Source: an uncultured Acidimicrobiaceae bacterium (GTDB lineage Bacteria; Actinomycetota; Acidimicrobiia; Acidimicrobiales; Bog-793). From it: a DNA stretch of 64,000 bases. The stretch is taken from the NCBI GenBank assembly GCA_963804765.1, contig CAWDRQ010000026.1:39623-103622 (forward strand), read 5' to 3'. Each line of letters starts with the position of its first letter. Position 1 is the first letter of the stretch. The notes beneath the pieces are model-generated. The model saw only the letters and a program-made list of their open reading frames with translations, did not search any database and was not told the DNA's origin. The translations under genes and the position numbers were made by a program. Positions 42,421-53,823 of this stretch are shown here, in pieces.

Positions 42421-44562
42421 TCAGGGGGCGTTCGACGGAGGATGGAGGTCTGCAGAACCGACCGGATGGTCGGTCAGGTAGGTGAAGATCTGCCGGGCTA
42501 CCGGAGCTGCCGCTGCCGCGCCGTAGCCTGCCTGGTCGATCACGACGGCGACGACGTAGCGCGGAGCGCTCGTCGGTCCGAAGGCGACGAACCATGCGGT
42601 CGGCTGGACGTTCGTGTTCGAGCTCTCGGTGGCCGTACCGGTCTTGCCCGCCAGTGCCATCCCGTTGTAGCCCTGGAACGCCGCGTAGGCCGTCCCGTGG
42701 GTGTCGTAGATGGCTCCTTCGAGGCCGCTCAGGACCTGCGAATAGGTGCCCGCGGGCAGGGCGACGTGCCCCATTACACGCGGCTCGAACTGTTTGACGA
42801 CCTTGCCGGTCGGCGACACGATCGAATTCACGACCTGCGGGGCATATCGGGTGCCGCCTGTCGCGAAAGTGCCGTAGGCCACGGCCTCCTGCAGCGGGGT
42901 GACGAGCGTCTCGCCTTGCCCGAAGGCCATCTCGATGTTGTCAGCGATGCCGTAGTACGTGCTGGGGAAGGCCTGCGGGTCTTCGGAGTGCTGGGTCTGT
43001 CGCAGCCGCGGGCTGTCGACCTGGCCGGAGTACTCGTTGGGGAGGTCGACGCCGGTGAGCTGCCCGAAGCCGTACTGCTCGGCGACGTCTTGGACGGGCG
43101 TCTGGCCGTAAGTACCCGAGTCGTACCAGTAGTCGGCCCCGAGGGTGTAGAAGAAGACGTCGTCGGAGACCGTGAGCGCCGTCGCCAGGTTGATCGGCCC
43201 CTGGCCTTTCTCGTTCTGGTTGTTGTAGTAGGTGCATTGTCCGCTGCAAGGTGGCCCGATCTGGTAGAAGCCACGGTCGTCTATGTAGTCCCCGAGGCTG
43301 GCCAGGAGACCGTCGTTCAGGGCCGTGGTCGCGGTCGCGAGCTTGAAGGTGGAGCCGGGGGCCCAGAGCCCCTGGAGCGCGCGGTTGAGCAGGGGGTCGT
43401 GATCGGCTTGGCTCGTCAGGAGCTGGTAGTGCTGGTCGGAGATCCCCCCCACCCACCAAGACGGGTTGTAGGTGGGCACCGAGGCCATGGCGAAGACGGC
43501 TCCGGTTTCTGGGTCGAGCACGACAGCCGCGCCGGAGTCAGCCGGCAAGCCGCTCGCCTGCAGCCCATGGATCTGGGCGGTCAGGGCTGACTCGACGGTC
43601 TTCTGCAGATCGAGGTCGATGTTGAGCACGACGTCGTCGCCACTGGCCGGCGCAGTCGTCTTCACCGTTCCGACGGGGTTGCCCGAAGCGTCGACCTTGA
43701 TGACCTCCGACCCGGGGTGACCCCGCAGCCACAGCTCGTCGGTCGCCTCGACGCCTGACTGACCGACGACGTCGTTGGGGGTGTAGCCGTACTTCGCCAA
43801 CGAGTGGAGCTCGGCCGCGTCGATGTCGCCCGTGTAGCCGAGCACTTGCGCCGCGACGTCGCCGCGGGGGTAGGTCCGCTCGGCGGTGAAGTTGACCGAA
43901 ACCCCGGGGAACATGCTCTTGTGCTCGGACAGATAGACGATGGTCGACTGCGAGACCCCGACCGCTATCGGCACGGGCTGGTAGGGGCTCGCCTGTGGAT
44001 TCGCGAGTGCCGTGTTGAGGTCCGCGATGCTCTCGTCGAGCAGCGCCGCCAGACGTCCGATGACCGCTCGAGTCGCCGCCGAGCGGCTGAGCGTGACCAC
44101 CGGGAGCACCTGGTCACCTACGAGCACCTGCCCCCCACGGGCGATGATCAGGCCGCGCGCCGGCGTGACCGGGACCGTCTGCTGTTGGAAGACGAGGGCG
44201 GCATTTCTGTAGTGCGAGCTGTGCAGGACCTGGAGGGACCAAAGACGCACCACCACCGCTGAGAAGGCCACCAGCACGATCAAGCCCATGATCGTGAGCC
44301 GAAGGCCGAATCGAGCGCTCTCCTGGCGGCGCTGCTGCTCGCGCTCTTCCTCCTCGATGCGCTTGAGCGGACTCGAGCTCACGATCCTCGTCCGGTGCCG
44401 ATCACCCTCGTCGTCCGCGGGGAAGTACGGCGCCTGCACCGACTTGGGCATACGGCCCGAACTGGGATTTCGCGGGTCCCCGGGCAGGCGGGGGTCGCCG
44501 GGTCTCCGGGGATCCCGGGATCGGTTCGGCGGCTCGGAACCGCCTTTGCCCGAGGCGCTCAC
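42421..44562 (-). CDS. mrdA: Penicillin-binding protein 2
   Basis: RLWSLQV, PARG, GQSGVE, PGSTFK (SxxK), SDD, GQG, KTGT. Confidence 0.93.
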   Translation of the reverse strand: MSASGKGGSEPPNRSRDPRRPGDPRLPGDPRNPSSGRMPKSVQAPYFPADDEGDRHRTRIVSSSPLKRIEEEEREQQRRQESARFGLRLTIMGLIVLVAFSAVVVRLWSLQVLHSSHYRNAALVFQQQTVPVTPARGLIIARGGQVLVGDQVLPVVTLSRSAATRAVIGRLAALLDESIADLNTALANPQASPYQPVPIAVGVSQSTIVYLSEHKSMFPGVSVNFTAERTYPRGDVAAQVLGYTGDIDAAELHSLAKYGYTPNDVVGQSGVEATDELWLRGHPGSEVIKVDASGNPVGTVKTTAPASGDDVVLNIDLDLQKTVESALTAQIHGLQASGLPADSGAAVVLDPETGAVFAMASVPTYNPSWWVGGISDQHYQLLTSQADHDPLLNRALQGLWAPGSTFKLATATTALNDGLLASLGDYIDDRGFYQIGPPCSGQCTYYNNQNEKGQGPINLATALTVSDDVFFYTLGADYWYDSGTYGQTPVQDVAEQYGFGQLTGVDLPNEYSGQVDSPRLRQTQHSEDPQAFPSTYYGIADNIEMAFGQGETLVTPLQEAVAYGTFATGGTRYAPQVVNSIVSPTGKVVKQFEPRVMGHVALPAGTYSQVLSGLEGAIYDTHGTAYAAFQGYNGMALAGKTGTATESSNTNVQPTAWFVAFGPTSAPRYVVAVVIDQAGYGAAAAAPVARQIFTYLTDHPVGSADLHPPSNAP

Positions 44563-45098
44563 CTGGCGCTCCCGCCGGCGAACGCACCCGCATCATGGTG
44601 AGCCCCGGGCACGACCGAGACGGTCCACTCGAGCAGCCGGCATGCGAGATTGGCGAGAAGCACGCAGCTCGCGCCAACGACCGCCGCGATGACAACGAGC
44701 TGATGGCGCGGCACGCTCGGCTGGCCGATAAGGTCCGCGAGCCCTGCGAAGAGCAACGTCCCGCCCACCGCCCCGAGGAGGGCCGCGGCCGCCTGGAACC
44801 CAAGTGTCGGCCGCGTCGTCGCCGTCCCGGCCGCCGACCCGACGGCGAAGGCCACCAGCACATAACAGAGCGAGGACAGGCCGTAGGGCGTCTGTACGAA
44901 GACATCCGCGACGAGCCCGAACGTGAAGCCGATCACGGCGCCGCGCTGGGGGCCCGCCACAAGGCCGGCCGCGATCGCCAGCAACAAGAACACGTCTGGA
45001 TGCGCGCCACCGATCACGATCTGGTTCAGAACGCCGACCTGGACGAGTACCGCCGCGAGGGCGATGAGCCCAAGCCGCCCCCAAGTACGAATCGTCAT
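44559..45098 (-). CDS. mreD: Rod shape-determining protein MreD
   Basis: Hydrophobic 179-aa ORF with PD and GF..GL..D motifs between mreC and mrdA. Confidence 0.85.
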   Translation of the reverse strand: MTIRTWGRLGLIALAAVLVQVGVLNQIVIGGAHPDVFLLLAIAAGLVAGPQRGAVIGFTFGLVADVFVQTPYGLSSLCYVLVAFAVGSAAGTATTRPTLGFQAAAALLGAVGGTLLFAGLADLIGQPSVPRHQLVVIAAVVGASCVLLANLACRLLEWTVSVVPGAHHDAGAFAGGSAR

Positions 45099-45156
45099 CG
45101 TGACGCCCGCATCCCTGGCCTTGACGATCGGCCCGCCGACTCGGCTCGGCGCGCCC

Positions 45157-45990
45157 TCAAGCTGGTGGGAGCCATTGGAGGACGGCGACGTACTGGAGAA
45201 CCGAGAGGTTGACGAGCGGTGTCACGAGGACCTGGGACGTGAGCGATCCGCCCGTGTGTCTCACGGAGGACACGGTACCCACCGGGATGCCCGACGGGTA
45301 TGCGGCGGTGTCGAACCCGCTCGTGACCACGGGTGCGCCGCGGCTTGTGACACTCGTCTCGGTTACGCCCTGCAATTGCAGGGGATCGCCTTCGCCCTGG
45401 CCGACGGCCACGGCCACGTCCCCGGTCCCGAAACGGACACCTACTTCGGATCGCGGATCCGTCAGCACTTGGACGATCGCCGTGTGCTGGCCGGCCGAGA
45501 TCACCGAGCCGACCAACCCGACACCGGACACGACTGGCATCCCGACACCGACGCCGTTCGAGGTACCGCGGTCGATCTCGATCGTGAGGTCGAAGTTGGA
45601 CGAAGGGTACGAGATCACCTCTCCCAGCACCTCGGGGATCCCGTCCGCGAAAGGAAGGTTCTGATCCGATCGCAACTGGTCTAGCTGTTCCTGAGCCTGC
45701 CCTGCCTCGATGAGCTGGCGACGGAGCTGGCCGACCTCGAGCTGGAGCCGCTGGTTCTCGCCGAGCGCTCCGCCGTAGCCTGCCATCCCGGCGAAGAGGT
45801 TGCCGATCGGATGCAGGACGGCCGAGACGCCCCGCTGGATTGGGGCGACAGCATCCCCGGCGCCGTTTCGGAGCGAGCCGATCACATGGCGTGCGTCACC
45901 CTTGTAGGCGACGGTGATCACCGTGATCGAGGCGAGGAGCAATATGACCAGTGTGAGACGCTGGCTGGTGTTGCGGCGAGAGGTGGCCAC
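45157..45990 (-). CDS. mreC: Rod shape-determining protein MreC
   Basis: N-terminal TM and coiled coil (ENQRL), IDRG..GV..GMPV, GLVG, VVTSG, YPSGIPVG. Confidence 0.9.
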   Translation of the reverse strand: MATSRRNTSQRLTLVILLLASITVITVAYKGDARHVIGSLRNGAGDAVAPIQRGVSAVLHPIGNLFAGMAGYGGALGENQRLQLEVGQLRRQLIEAGQAQEQLDQLRSDQNLPFADGIPEVLGEVISYPSSNFDLTIEIDRGTSNGVGVGMPVVSGVGLVGSVISAGQHTAIVQVLTDPRSEVGVRFGTGDVAVAVGQGEGDPLQLQGVTETSVTSRGAPVVTSGFDTAAYPSGIPVGTVSSVRHTGGSLTSQVLVTPLVNLSVLQYVAVLQWLPPA

Positions 45991-46004
45991 CGCGACCCCG
46001 AAGG

Positions 46005-47036
<1,032 letters not shown>

Positions 47037-47214
47037 ACAAGTGCTCCAGGGCTAGGCGGGGTTGTGGCACCAGGCTACGGGATGCGTGCCCAGGTCACAA
47101 GAGCGGCACGGGCCGTGCAGCACGGCAAACCGGCCGGCGTCGGCCAACTCGTGCGCATCACCGACAGGACCCGAGCCCGGCCAGGCGAGGCCACCCTCTT
47201 CACGGCGACAGCAA

Positions 47215-47230
47215 AGGGACCTTTGACCCT
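47215..47230. promoter_or_regulatory. DosR/DevR-like binding site upstream of cydA
   Basis: AGGGACCTTTGACCCT, imperfect palindrome resembling the DosR consensus GGGACTWWAGTCCC, ~30 bp before cydA ATG. Confidence 0.55.
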
Positions 47231-47259
47231 AACGCACAGCTCCCCGCAAAGGTTGGATC

Positions 47260-48678
47260 ATGGCGATGACTTTGGACCTCTCACGCTGGCAATTCGGGAT
47301 CACCACGATCTTCCATTTCATGTTCGTCCCGCTCACCATCGGCCTCGCCCTGCTGCTGGCGATCATGCAAACCGCGGCGTACCGGACCCGTGACGATCTG
47401 GCGACACAAGAGAAGTGGTACCACATGACCCGCTTCTGGCGCCGGCTGTTCCTCATCAACTTCGCCATCGGCGTGGTCACCGGGATCGTCCAGGAATTCC
47501 AGTTCGGCATGAACTGGTCGCTCTATTCACGTTACGTGGGCAGCGTGTTCGGCGCCCCGTTGGCGATCGAGGGCCTGCTGGCCTTCTTCTTGGAGTCGAC
47601 CTTCCTCGGTATCTGGATCTTCGGGAGGGGTCGCGTCTCGGCGCGCGTCCACCTCGCGTCGATCTGGATCGTGAGCGTCGGCACCATGCTCTCAGCCCTG
47701 TTCATCCTGGCCGCGAACGCCTGGATGCAGCACCCCGTCGGCTACAAGGTGGTCGGCAACAGGGCGGTAATGACGAACTTCTGGGCCGTGATGACCAACA
47801 GCACCCTTATCGGCTCTTTCCTGCACGTCTTGTTCTCGGCGCTCGTGACCTCGACCATGCTCATCCTGGGCGTGAGCGCCTGGCACCTCCTGAAGGACCG
47901 GCACGCCGGGAAGGCGCCTCAGCCCGTGTTCGCCACCTCGGCCAAGCTCGCCCTGGTCGTGGGCTCGGTCGCCATCGTGGCCACCATGTTCTTCGGCGAC
48001 AACCAGGCAAGGGTGATGGAACGCCAGCAACCGATGAAGATGGCCGCCGCCGAAGCGATCTACAACACCCAGAACGGCGCGAGCTTCTCGCTTCTCACGA
48101 TCGGGGACCTCTCGGGCAACCCGATCTTCCAGATCCGGCTCCCTCACATGCTCTCGGTACTGGCCGACAACAGCTGGAACGGGCCCGTTCAGGGTATCAA
48201 CCAGATCCAGGCGAAGGAGGTGGCGGAGTATGGCCCAGGGGACTACAAGCCCATCTTGTGGGTCACCTATTGGACATTCCGGATCATGGTGGGCTGTGGG
48301 ATCCTCATGCTCGGGTTGTTGGCGATGGGCCTGTGGCTGATGCGCCGACGTCGACTGGAACGATCGGCCTGGTTCCTCCGACTAGCTGTGCTCGCGATGG
48401 TGCTCCCGTTCCTCGCCAACACGACTGGATGGATCTTCACCGAGATGGGCCGCCAGCCATGGGTCGTCTACGGACTGCTCAAGACGTCCCAGGCCGTCTC
48501 GCACATCGGAACGGGCTACGTGGTGACGACGCTGGTCGGGTTCACGGCCATATACAGCCTCCTCGCGACGATCGACTTCGGGCTCATGGCGCATTTCGCC
48601 CGCGGCGCCGATGAGGCCGAAGAGCACGACGACGAGCACGAGCCCGGTGCGAACCGGGCGTCGGCGCTCGTGTACTGA
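47260..48678 (+). CDS. cydA: Cytochrome bd oxidase subunit I
   Basis: SRWQFG..HF.FVP, GIVQEFQFGMNW, FFLESTF, QPMKMAAAE, TEMGRQPW. Confidence 0.96.
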   Translation: MAMTLDLSRWQFGITTIFHFMFVPLTIGLALLLAIMQTAAYRTRDDLATQEKWYHMTRFWRRLFLINFAIGVVTGIVQEFQFGMNWSLYSRYVGSVFGAPLAIEGLLAFFLESTFLGIWIFGRGRVSARVHLASIWIVSVGTMLSALFILAANAWMQHPVGYKVVGNRAVMTNFWAVMTNSTLIGSFLHVLFSALVTSTMLILGVSAWHLLKDRHAGKAPQPVFATSAKLALVVGSVAIVATMFFGDNQARVMERQQPMKMAAAEAIYNTQNGASFSLLTIGDLSGNPIFQIRLPHMLSVLADNSWNGPVQGINQIQAKEVAEYGPGDYKPILWVTYWTFRIMVGCGILMLGLLAMGLWLMRRRRLERSAWFLRLAVLAMVLPFLANTTGWIFTEMGRQPWVVYGLLKTSQAVSHIGTGYVVTTLVGFTAIYSLLATIDFGLMAHFARGADEAEEHDDEHEPGANRASALVY

Positions 48679-48695
48679 GAAGAAAAGGAGGATCT

Positions 48696-49838
48696 GTGAC
48701 CCTCGTCCTCGCCACCGCAGCCCCGGCCCACAGCGGCCTGGAGGTCTTCTGGTTCATCGTCATCGCCATCTTGTGGGCCGGCTACTTCGTGCTCGAGGGA
48801 TTCGACTTCGGGATCGGCATCCTGCTCGGAGTCCTGGGCCGAGACGACCTCGATCGCCGGGTTCTCATCAACACGATCGGCCCGGTGTGGGACGGCAACG
48901 AGGTTTGGCTCCTCGTGGCGGGGGGCGCCACTTTCGCGGCGTTCCCCAACTGGTACGCCACACTGTTCAGCGGTTTCTACCTTCCACTGTTCCTGATCCT
49001 TGCGGCGCTCATCTTCCGTGGCGTGGCATTCGAGTTCCGCACCAAGCGCAAGCCGGCCGCCTGGCGCCTGGCGTGGGACCACGCGATCTTCTGGGGAAGC
49101 CTCATCCCGGCCCTGCTGTGGGGAGTGGCCTTCGCCAACATCCTGCGCGGCGTGCCCATCGGCCAGCACTTCACCTATCTCGGGTCGTTCTTCAACCTGC
49201 TCAACCCTTACGCGTTGCTCGGCGGGGTCACCACGCTTCTCCTGTTCGCCCTCCACGGCGCGGTCTTCGCCTCCCTGAAGACCACCGACGACCTTCGGGC
49301 GCGGGCGTCGCGGGCGGCGAAAGTCCTCGCGCCGGCCGCCACCGCCGCCATCGTGGCCTTCCTGTCGTGGACCTACGTGAACGCGCACAACGGCCACGAC
49401 ACCGGGCTCGTCCCGCCCCTCGTCCCGATCCTCGCCATCGCGTGCATCGCGGTCGTGGGATGGCTGTTGCGTGAGCGGCTGGATGGCTGGGCGTTCGTCG
49501 CCACCGCGGTCGGGCTGATCTGCCTCGTGGCCACCATCTTCTTGAACCTGTACCCGAGGGTCATGGTCTCGAGCATCTCGCCGGTGTACGACCTCACGAT
49601 CTCCAACTCAGCATCCGCGCCTTACACGCTGAAGGTCATGACCGTCGTGGCGCTCATCTTCACGCCGCTCGTGCTCGTCTACCAGGGGTGGTCGTACTGG
49701 GTGTTCCGCGCCCGGGTGATTCGGCCTGTGCGGGCGGGTCCCGCTGACGAAGCCGAGCCCGAGACCTCCGGGCTCGCCGCCAAGCCTGCGTCGAACGATG
49801 AGGCGCCGGAACCCGCAGGCGAGGGCGGCGTCAGCTGA
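48696..49838 (+). CDS. cydB: Cytochrome bd oxidase subunit II
   Basis: LEGFDFG, IGPVWDGNEVWL, FAAFPNWY, RGVAFEFR, YQGWSYWVFR. Confidence 0.96.
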   Translation: MTLVLATAAPAHSGLEVFWFIVIAILWAGYFVLEGFDFGIGILLGVLGRDDLDRRVLINTIGPVWDGNEVWLLVAGGATFAAFPNWYATLFSGFYLPLFLILAALIFRGVAFEFRTKRKPAAWRLAWDHAIFWGSLIPALLWGVAFANILRGVPIGQHFTYLGSFFNLLNPYALLGGVTTLLLFALHGAVFASLKTTDDLRARASRAAKVLAPAATAAIVAFLSWTYVNAHNGHDTGLVPPLVPILAIACIAVVGWLLRERLDGWAFVATAVGLICLVATIFLNLYPRVMVSSISPVYDLTISNSASAPYTLKVMTVVALIFTPLVLVYQGWSYWVFRARVIRPVRAGPADEAEPETSGLAAKPASNDEAPEPAGEGGVS

Positions 49839-49857
49839 CACCTCATAACAGCCTGCC

Positions 49858-51585
49858 GTGGGGCCTCTTCAATCCGCGACTGGCGCGGCGGGTTAGCGCC
49901 ACTCGCCGCTACCTCGCGGCGGCCGTGGCGGTCGGTGTCGCGTCGACGTTGTGCCTGGTGGTCCAGGCCGTCCTGCTCGGTGTGATCGTGCAACGTGGCT
50001 TGCTCGGCCATTGGCCTGTCGCCCGGCTCCTCCCGTTCCTCGCCGGTCTTTCTGGCGCGTTCCTCACACGGGCGGTCCTGGCGTGGCTGGGTGAGCTCGC
50101 AGCGCACCGCACATCAGCCAGCGTGACCTCCGCACTGCGGCGGCGACTGCTAACCCGCGCGGTTGGCCTCGGACCTTCGTGGCTGGCCGGGGAACGCACG
50201 GGCGAGCTCGCCTCGGTGGCGACTCAAGGCGTCGAGGCGCTCGAGGTCTACTTCGCCCGCTACCTGCCGACCGCGGTGGTCGCCGGCATCGCGCCCGTCG
50301 TGCTGCTGTCATGGGTTCTGTGGGCCGACTGGCGCTCGTTTCTGATCCTTGCGGTCACCGTCTCGGTCGTCCCCTTGTTCATGGTCCTGCTCGGCCTGGA
50401 GGCGAAGCGTCACGCCGAACGCCAGTGGGACAGGCTCTCGGGGTTGGCGGCAGCCTTCTACGACCTGCTGCAGGGCCTCCCCACACTGCGGGCCTTCGGC
50501 CGGGTGCGGGCGGGCCGCCGGACGCTCAGAGGGCCAGCGAGGACTTCCGGCTGACCACCATGAGCACTCTCCGGCTCGCCTTCCTCTCCGCATTGGCCCT
50601 CGAGGTGCTCGCCGCGGTGGGCACGGCGCTCGTGGCGCTTTTCCTGGGGCTACGGCTGCTCGACGGCACCTTGCACCTCGGGATCGCTCTTGCGGTCCTC
50701 GTGCTGGCGCCCGAGGTGTACATGCCGCTGCGAAGGGCCGCATCGGAGTTCCATGCGAGCGCCGAGGGGCAGGCGGCGTCCGACCGCATCCTCGACGTCC
50801 TCGACGAGAGCGAGCCGGGGCCAGCCGTTGCGGGCACGCCCGACGAAGCTGCGAAGCGGGCCCTGGCCGAAGTCGCCCGGAGCACGATCCGGCTCTCGGG
50901 CTTGCGGGTGTGCTACCCCGATCGGGCGGTCGCGGTGCTCGACAGCGTCGACCTGGAGGTCGCGCCCGGTGAGCACGTGGCGGTGACCGGGGAGTCGGGC
51001 GCGGGCAAGTCCACTCTGCTCGCCGTGCTTCTCGGCTTCGTCGAACCGGTCGGCGGCACGGTCATGGTCGGTGACGTCAATCTCCGGGACCTCCCGCCTC
51101 GCGACTGGCGGCGTCAGGTCGCATGGGTGCCTCAGCGTCCCTACCTCGTCCGCGGGACGATCGCCGACAACCTCCGCCTCGGGGACGCCTATGCCGATGC
51201 CGGAGCAGTCGCCCGGGCGGTGGAACAATCCGGTCTGTCCGGGCTCATAGAACGGCTCCCAAGCGGGCTCGAGACCCCTGTCGGCGAGGGCGGCCTGACG
51301 CTCAGCGCCGGAGAACGCCAGCGCATCGCGATCGGACGCGCCGTATTGCGAGACGCCCCCCTCGTGCTACTGGACGAACCGGCCGCTCATCTCGATGCCG
51401 ACCGCGAGTTGTCGCTGCGGGCGACGCTTGGGCCGTGGCTCGAGAGCCGGACGGTCATCGTTGCGGCTCACCGGCACGGGATGGTCGCACGCGTTGACCG
51501 GACCGTCGCCCTCGTCGGCGGCCGGCTCGTCCGCGCCGACGAAGACGGCGCTCGTTGCCTCGCGCCGATCGGCGGGAGATCATGA
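49858..51585 (+). CDS. cydD: Thiol reductant ABC exporter CydD (probable indels near 49861 and 50530)
   Basis: YFARYLP, PLFMVL, GLPTLRAFG; TMSTLRLAFLS, LAPEVYMPLR, FHASA, GESGAGKST, LSAGERQR, LLDEP. Confidence 0.88.
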
Positions 51586-53279
51586 GCCCAGCGGCCGACC
51601 GAAAGCGCTCGGCGCTGGACACGCTGAGAATCCTGCTCGGCATCGCCGCCCCGCCCCGGGGACGTTTCCTCCTCTCGACCGCACTCGGGGTTGCCGCAGC
51701 CCTGAGCACGGTGGCGCTGATGGCGTGCTCGGGCGCTCTCATCGACAAGGCAGCACTTCGGCCACCTCTCTACACCTTGACGGTGCTCATGGCCGGGGTG
51801 CAGATACTGGCGCTCAGCCGTGGACCGCTCCGCTACGGCGAGCGACTCGTCTCCCATGACTCGGCCCTACGGTCGATCGGTCGCCTCCGGCTGTGGCTCT
51901 ACGACGAGATCGAGCCGCGGTCTCCAGCCGGCCTGACCCAGTGGCGCAGCGGGGACCTGCTGGCCCGGGCCACCGCCGACCTCGACTCTTTGCAGGACCT
52001 GGCACTGCGTGGCGTCTCGCCGGTGCTGGTGGGCACCATCACCTCGCTGTTCGCGGTCGTCGTGGTGACAGTGGTCCTGCCGGCAGCCGGTCTCGTGCTC
52101 ACGGTCTGCATGGCGAGCGCCCTCGTGCTCACCTCGGTCCTGGCGTGGGCACGGCAAAGCCGGCTCGGGACAAGGGAGGCGGCTCTGAGAGGCGAGCTGA
52201 CAGCCGATGTCGTCGAGCTCCTCCGGGGCGCCCCGGACCTGCTGGCGTTTGGACGTGACGAGGAGTACCTCGAGCGGGCGCTCACCGACGACGCGGCCCT
52301 CGTCGGTCTCGCGCGGCGCCGCTCGTGGACGGCGGGCGCGGTGTCGGCCCTCAGCATCGCCTTCACCGGAACCGCCATCGTCGGCCTGCTCATGGTTTCG
52401 GTGCCGGCAGTCCGCGCCCATCTGCTCCCCGGCTACATGTTGGCCGTCCTGCCACTGGTCACGCTCGGCGCCTTCGAAGTCGTGACACCAGTAGCCGACG
52501 CGGTGTCGAGGCTCTCGCAACACCTGGCCGCAGCGGGCCGCGTCCTCGCCGTCGCCGAGCTGCCGATGCCGGTCATCGACCCGCTCCGTCCCGTGGCGGA
52601 GCCGACCGCCACGGACATCACGCTGAAAGAAGCCAGGCTTCGCTACGGGGCAGACCATCCGTGGGCCCTCGATGGCCTCACGGTGTCGGTCCCGGCGGGG
52701 AGCCGGGTGGCCCTGGTCGGGCCGAGCGGCGCGGGCAAGACCAGCGTAGTGAACACGCTGTTGCGCTTTTGGGCTCTGGAGGGCGGCGAGGCGGCGCTGG
52801 GGGGGACCTCGCTGGACCTCCTGTGCCAAGAGGCTCCCCGCCGCATGATCGCCTGGGTCGCCCAGGACACCCACCTGTTCAACACGACGATGCGGGCCAA
52901 CATCGCCCTCGCCCGACCCGACGCGAGCCAAGCCGAGGTCACGGCGGCGGCACGGGCGGCACAGCTCGGCGATTGGATCGATTCGCTGCCTGACGGCCTC
53001 GACACCACGATCGGCGAGCAAGGCGCACAGCTATCCGGCGGCCAGCGTCAACGCCTCGCGCTGGCCCGGGCCCTGTTGGCCCGGACGCCGATCCTCATCC
53101 TCGACGAGCCGACCTCGGGGCTGGACGAGGCGACTGCCGAGCGCCTTCTCAGCGACCTCGTTTCCACCACGGCGGGCAAGAGCCTCCTGTACGTCACCCA
53201 CCGGCTCGACGAGCTCGCAGCCTTCGACGAGGTCTACGTCATCGAGGACGGGCATGTGGCCAGCCGGTCGGCACCGTAG
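51582..53279 (+). CDS. cydC: Thiol reductant ABC exporter CydC
   Basis: RYGERLVSHD, SGDLL, GPSGAGKT, LSGGQRQRL, LDEPT. Confidence 0.92.
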   Translation: MSPAADRKRSALDTLRILLGIAAPPRGRFLLSTALGVAAALSTVALMACSGALIDKAALRPPLYTLTVLMAGVQILALSRGPLRYGERLVSHDSALRSIGRLRLWLYDEIEPRSPAGLTQWRSGDLLARATADLDSLQDLALRGVSPVLVGTITSLFAVVVVTVVLPAAGLVLTVCMASALVLTSVLAWARQSRLGTREAALRGELTADVVELLRGAPDLLAFGRDEEYLERALTDDAALVGLARRRSWTAGAVSALSIAFTGTAIVGLLMVSVPAVRAHLLPGYMLAVLPLVTLGAFEVVTPVADAVSRLSQHLAAAGRVLAVAELPMPVIDPLRPVAEPTATDITLKEARLRYGADHPWALDGLTVSVPAGSRVALVGPSGAGKTSVVNTLLRFWALEGGEAALGGTSLDLLCQEAPRRMIAWVAQDTHLFNTTMRANIALARPDASQAEVTAAARAAQLGDWIDSLPDGLDTTIGEQGAQLSGGQRQRLALARALLARTPILILDEPTSGLDEATAERLLSDLVSTTAGKSLLYVTHRLDELAAFDEVYVIEDGHVASRSAP

Positions 53280-53312
53280 GGGCGCCACGACCTTTGCGCT
53301 TGGCCCCGGGCC

Positions 53313-53756
53313 TTACAAAGGGTCGGCTGGCCTGCGACTTGCTCGTGACTCGAGTCCCGGGAAGAAGATCTCGATCTCCCGAGCGGCCGACTCCGGACCG
53401 TCGGAGCCGTGAATGAGGTTCTCGGTCATCTCCGTGGCGAGATCCCCTCGGATCGTGCCCGGCGGCGCGTCGGCAGGATTGGTGGGCCCCATGAGCGTTC
53501 GCACGACCTTCCACGTCCCTGGCGGCCCGGCTACGACCATGACCATCGCGGGGCCGCGACAGATGAACTCGACCAGGTCGCCGTAGAAGGGCTTGCCGAC
53601 ATGTTCTGCGTAGTGGCGGCTCGCAGTGTCGGCGTCGATGGTACGCAAGTCGGCGGCCACGATTCGAAGGCCCTTGCGTTCGAGACGGCTGACGATCTCT
53701 CCGATGAGGCCACGCGCAACGGCGTCGGGCTTGCAGATTACAAGGGTGCGCTCCAC
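53313..53756 (-). CDS. ndk: Nucleoside-diphosphate kinase
   Basis: ERTLVICKPDAV, HYAEH.GKPFY, PGTIRGD, NLIHGSD. Confidence 0.97.
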   Translation of the reverse strand: MERTLVICKPDAVARGLIGEIVSRLERKGLRIVAADLRTIDADTASRHYAEHVGKPFYGDLVEFICRGPAMVMVVAGPPGTWKVVRTLMGPTNPADAPPGTIRGDLATEMTENLIHGSDGPESAAREIEIFFPGLESRASRRPADPL

Positions 53757-53823
53757 GGGCGGCGACCCTAATCGCCCCGGGGCCGACGGGCCAATGCCGA
53801 GCCCGCGGGACGGCTTGGCCTTG

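Noticed and set aside
44465-44520. DPRxPG x3 micro-repeat in the MrdA N-terminus
   Set aside because: Short, degenerate low-complexity cytoplasmic tail with nothing to suggest function.
47062-47100. Rex operator upstream of cydA (TTGTG...CACAA)
   Set aside because: Half-sites are ~29 bp apart rather than the 8 bp of TTGTGAA-N4-TTCACAA.
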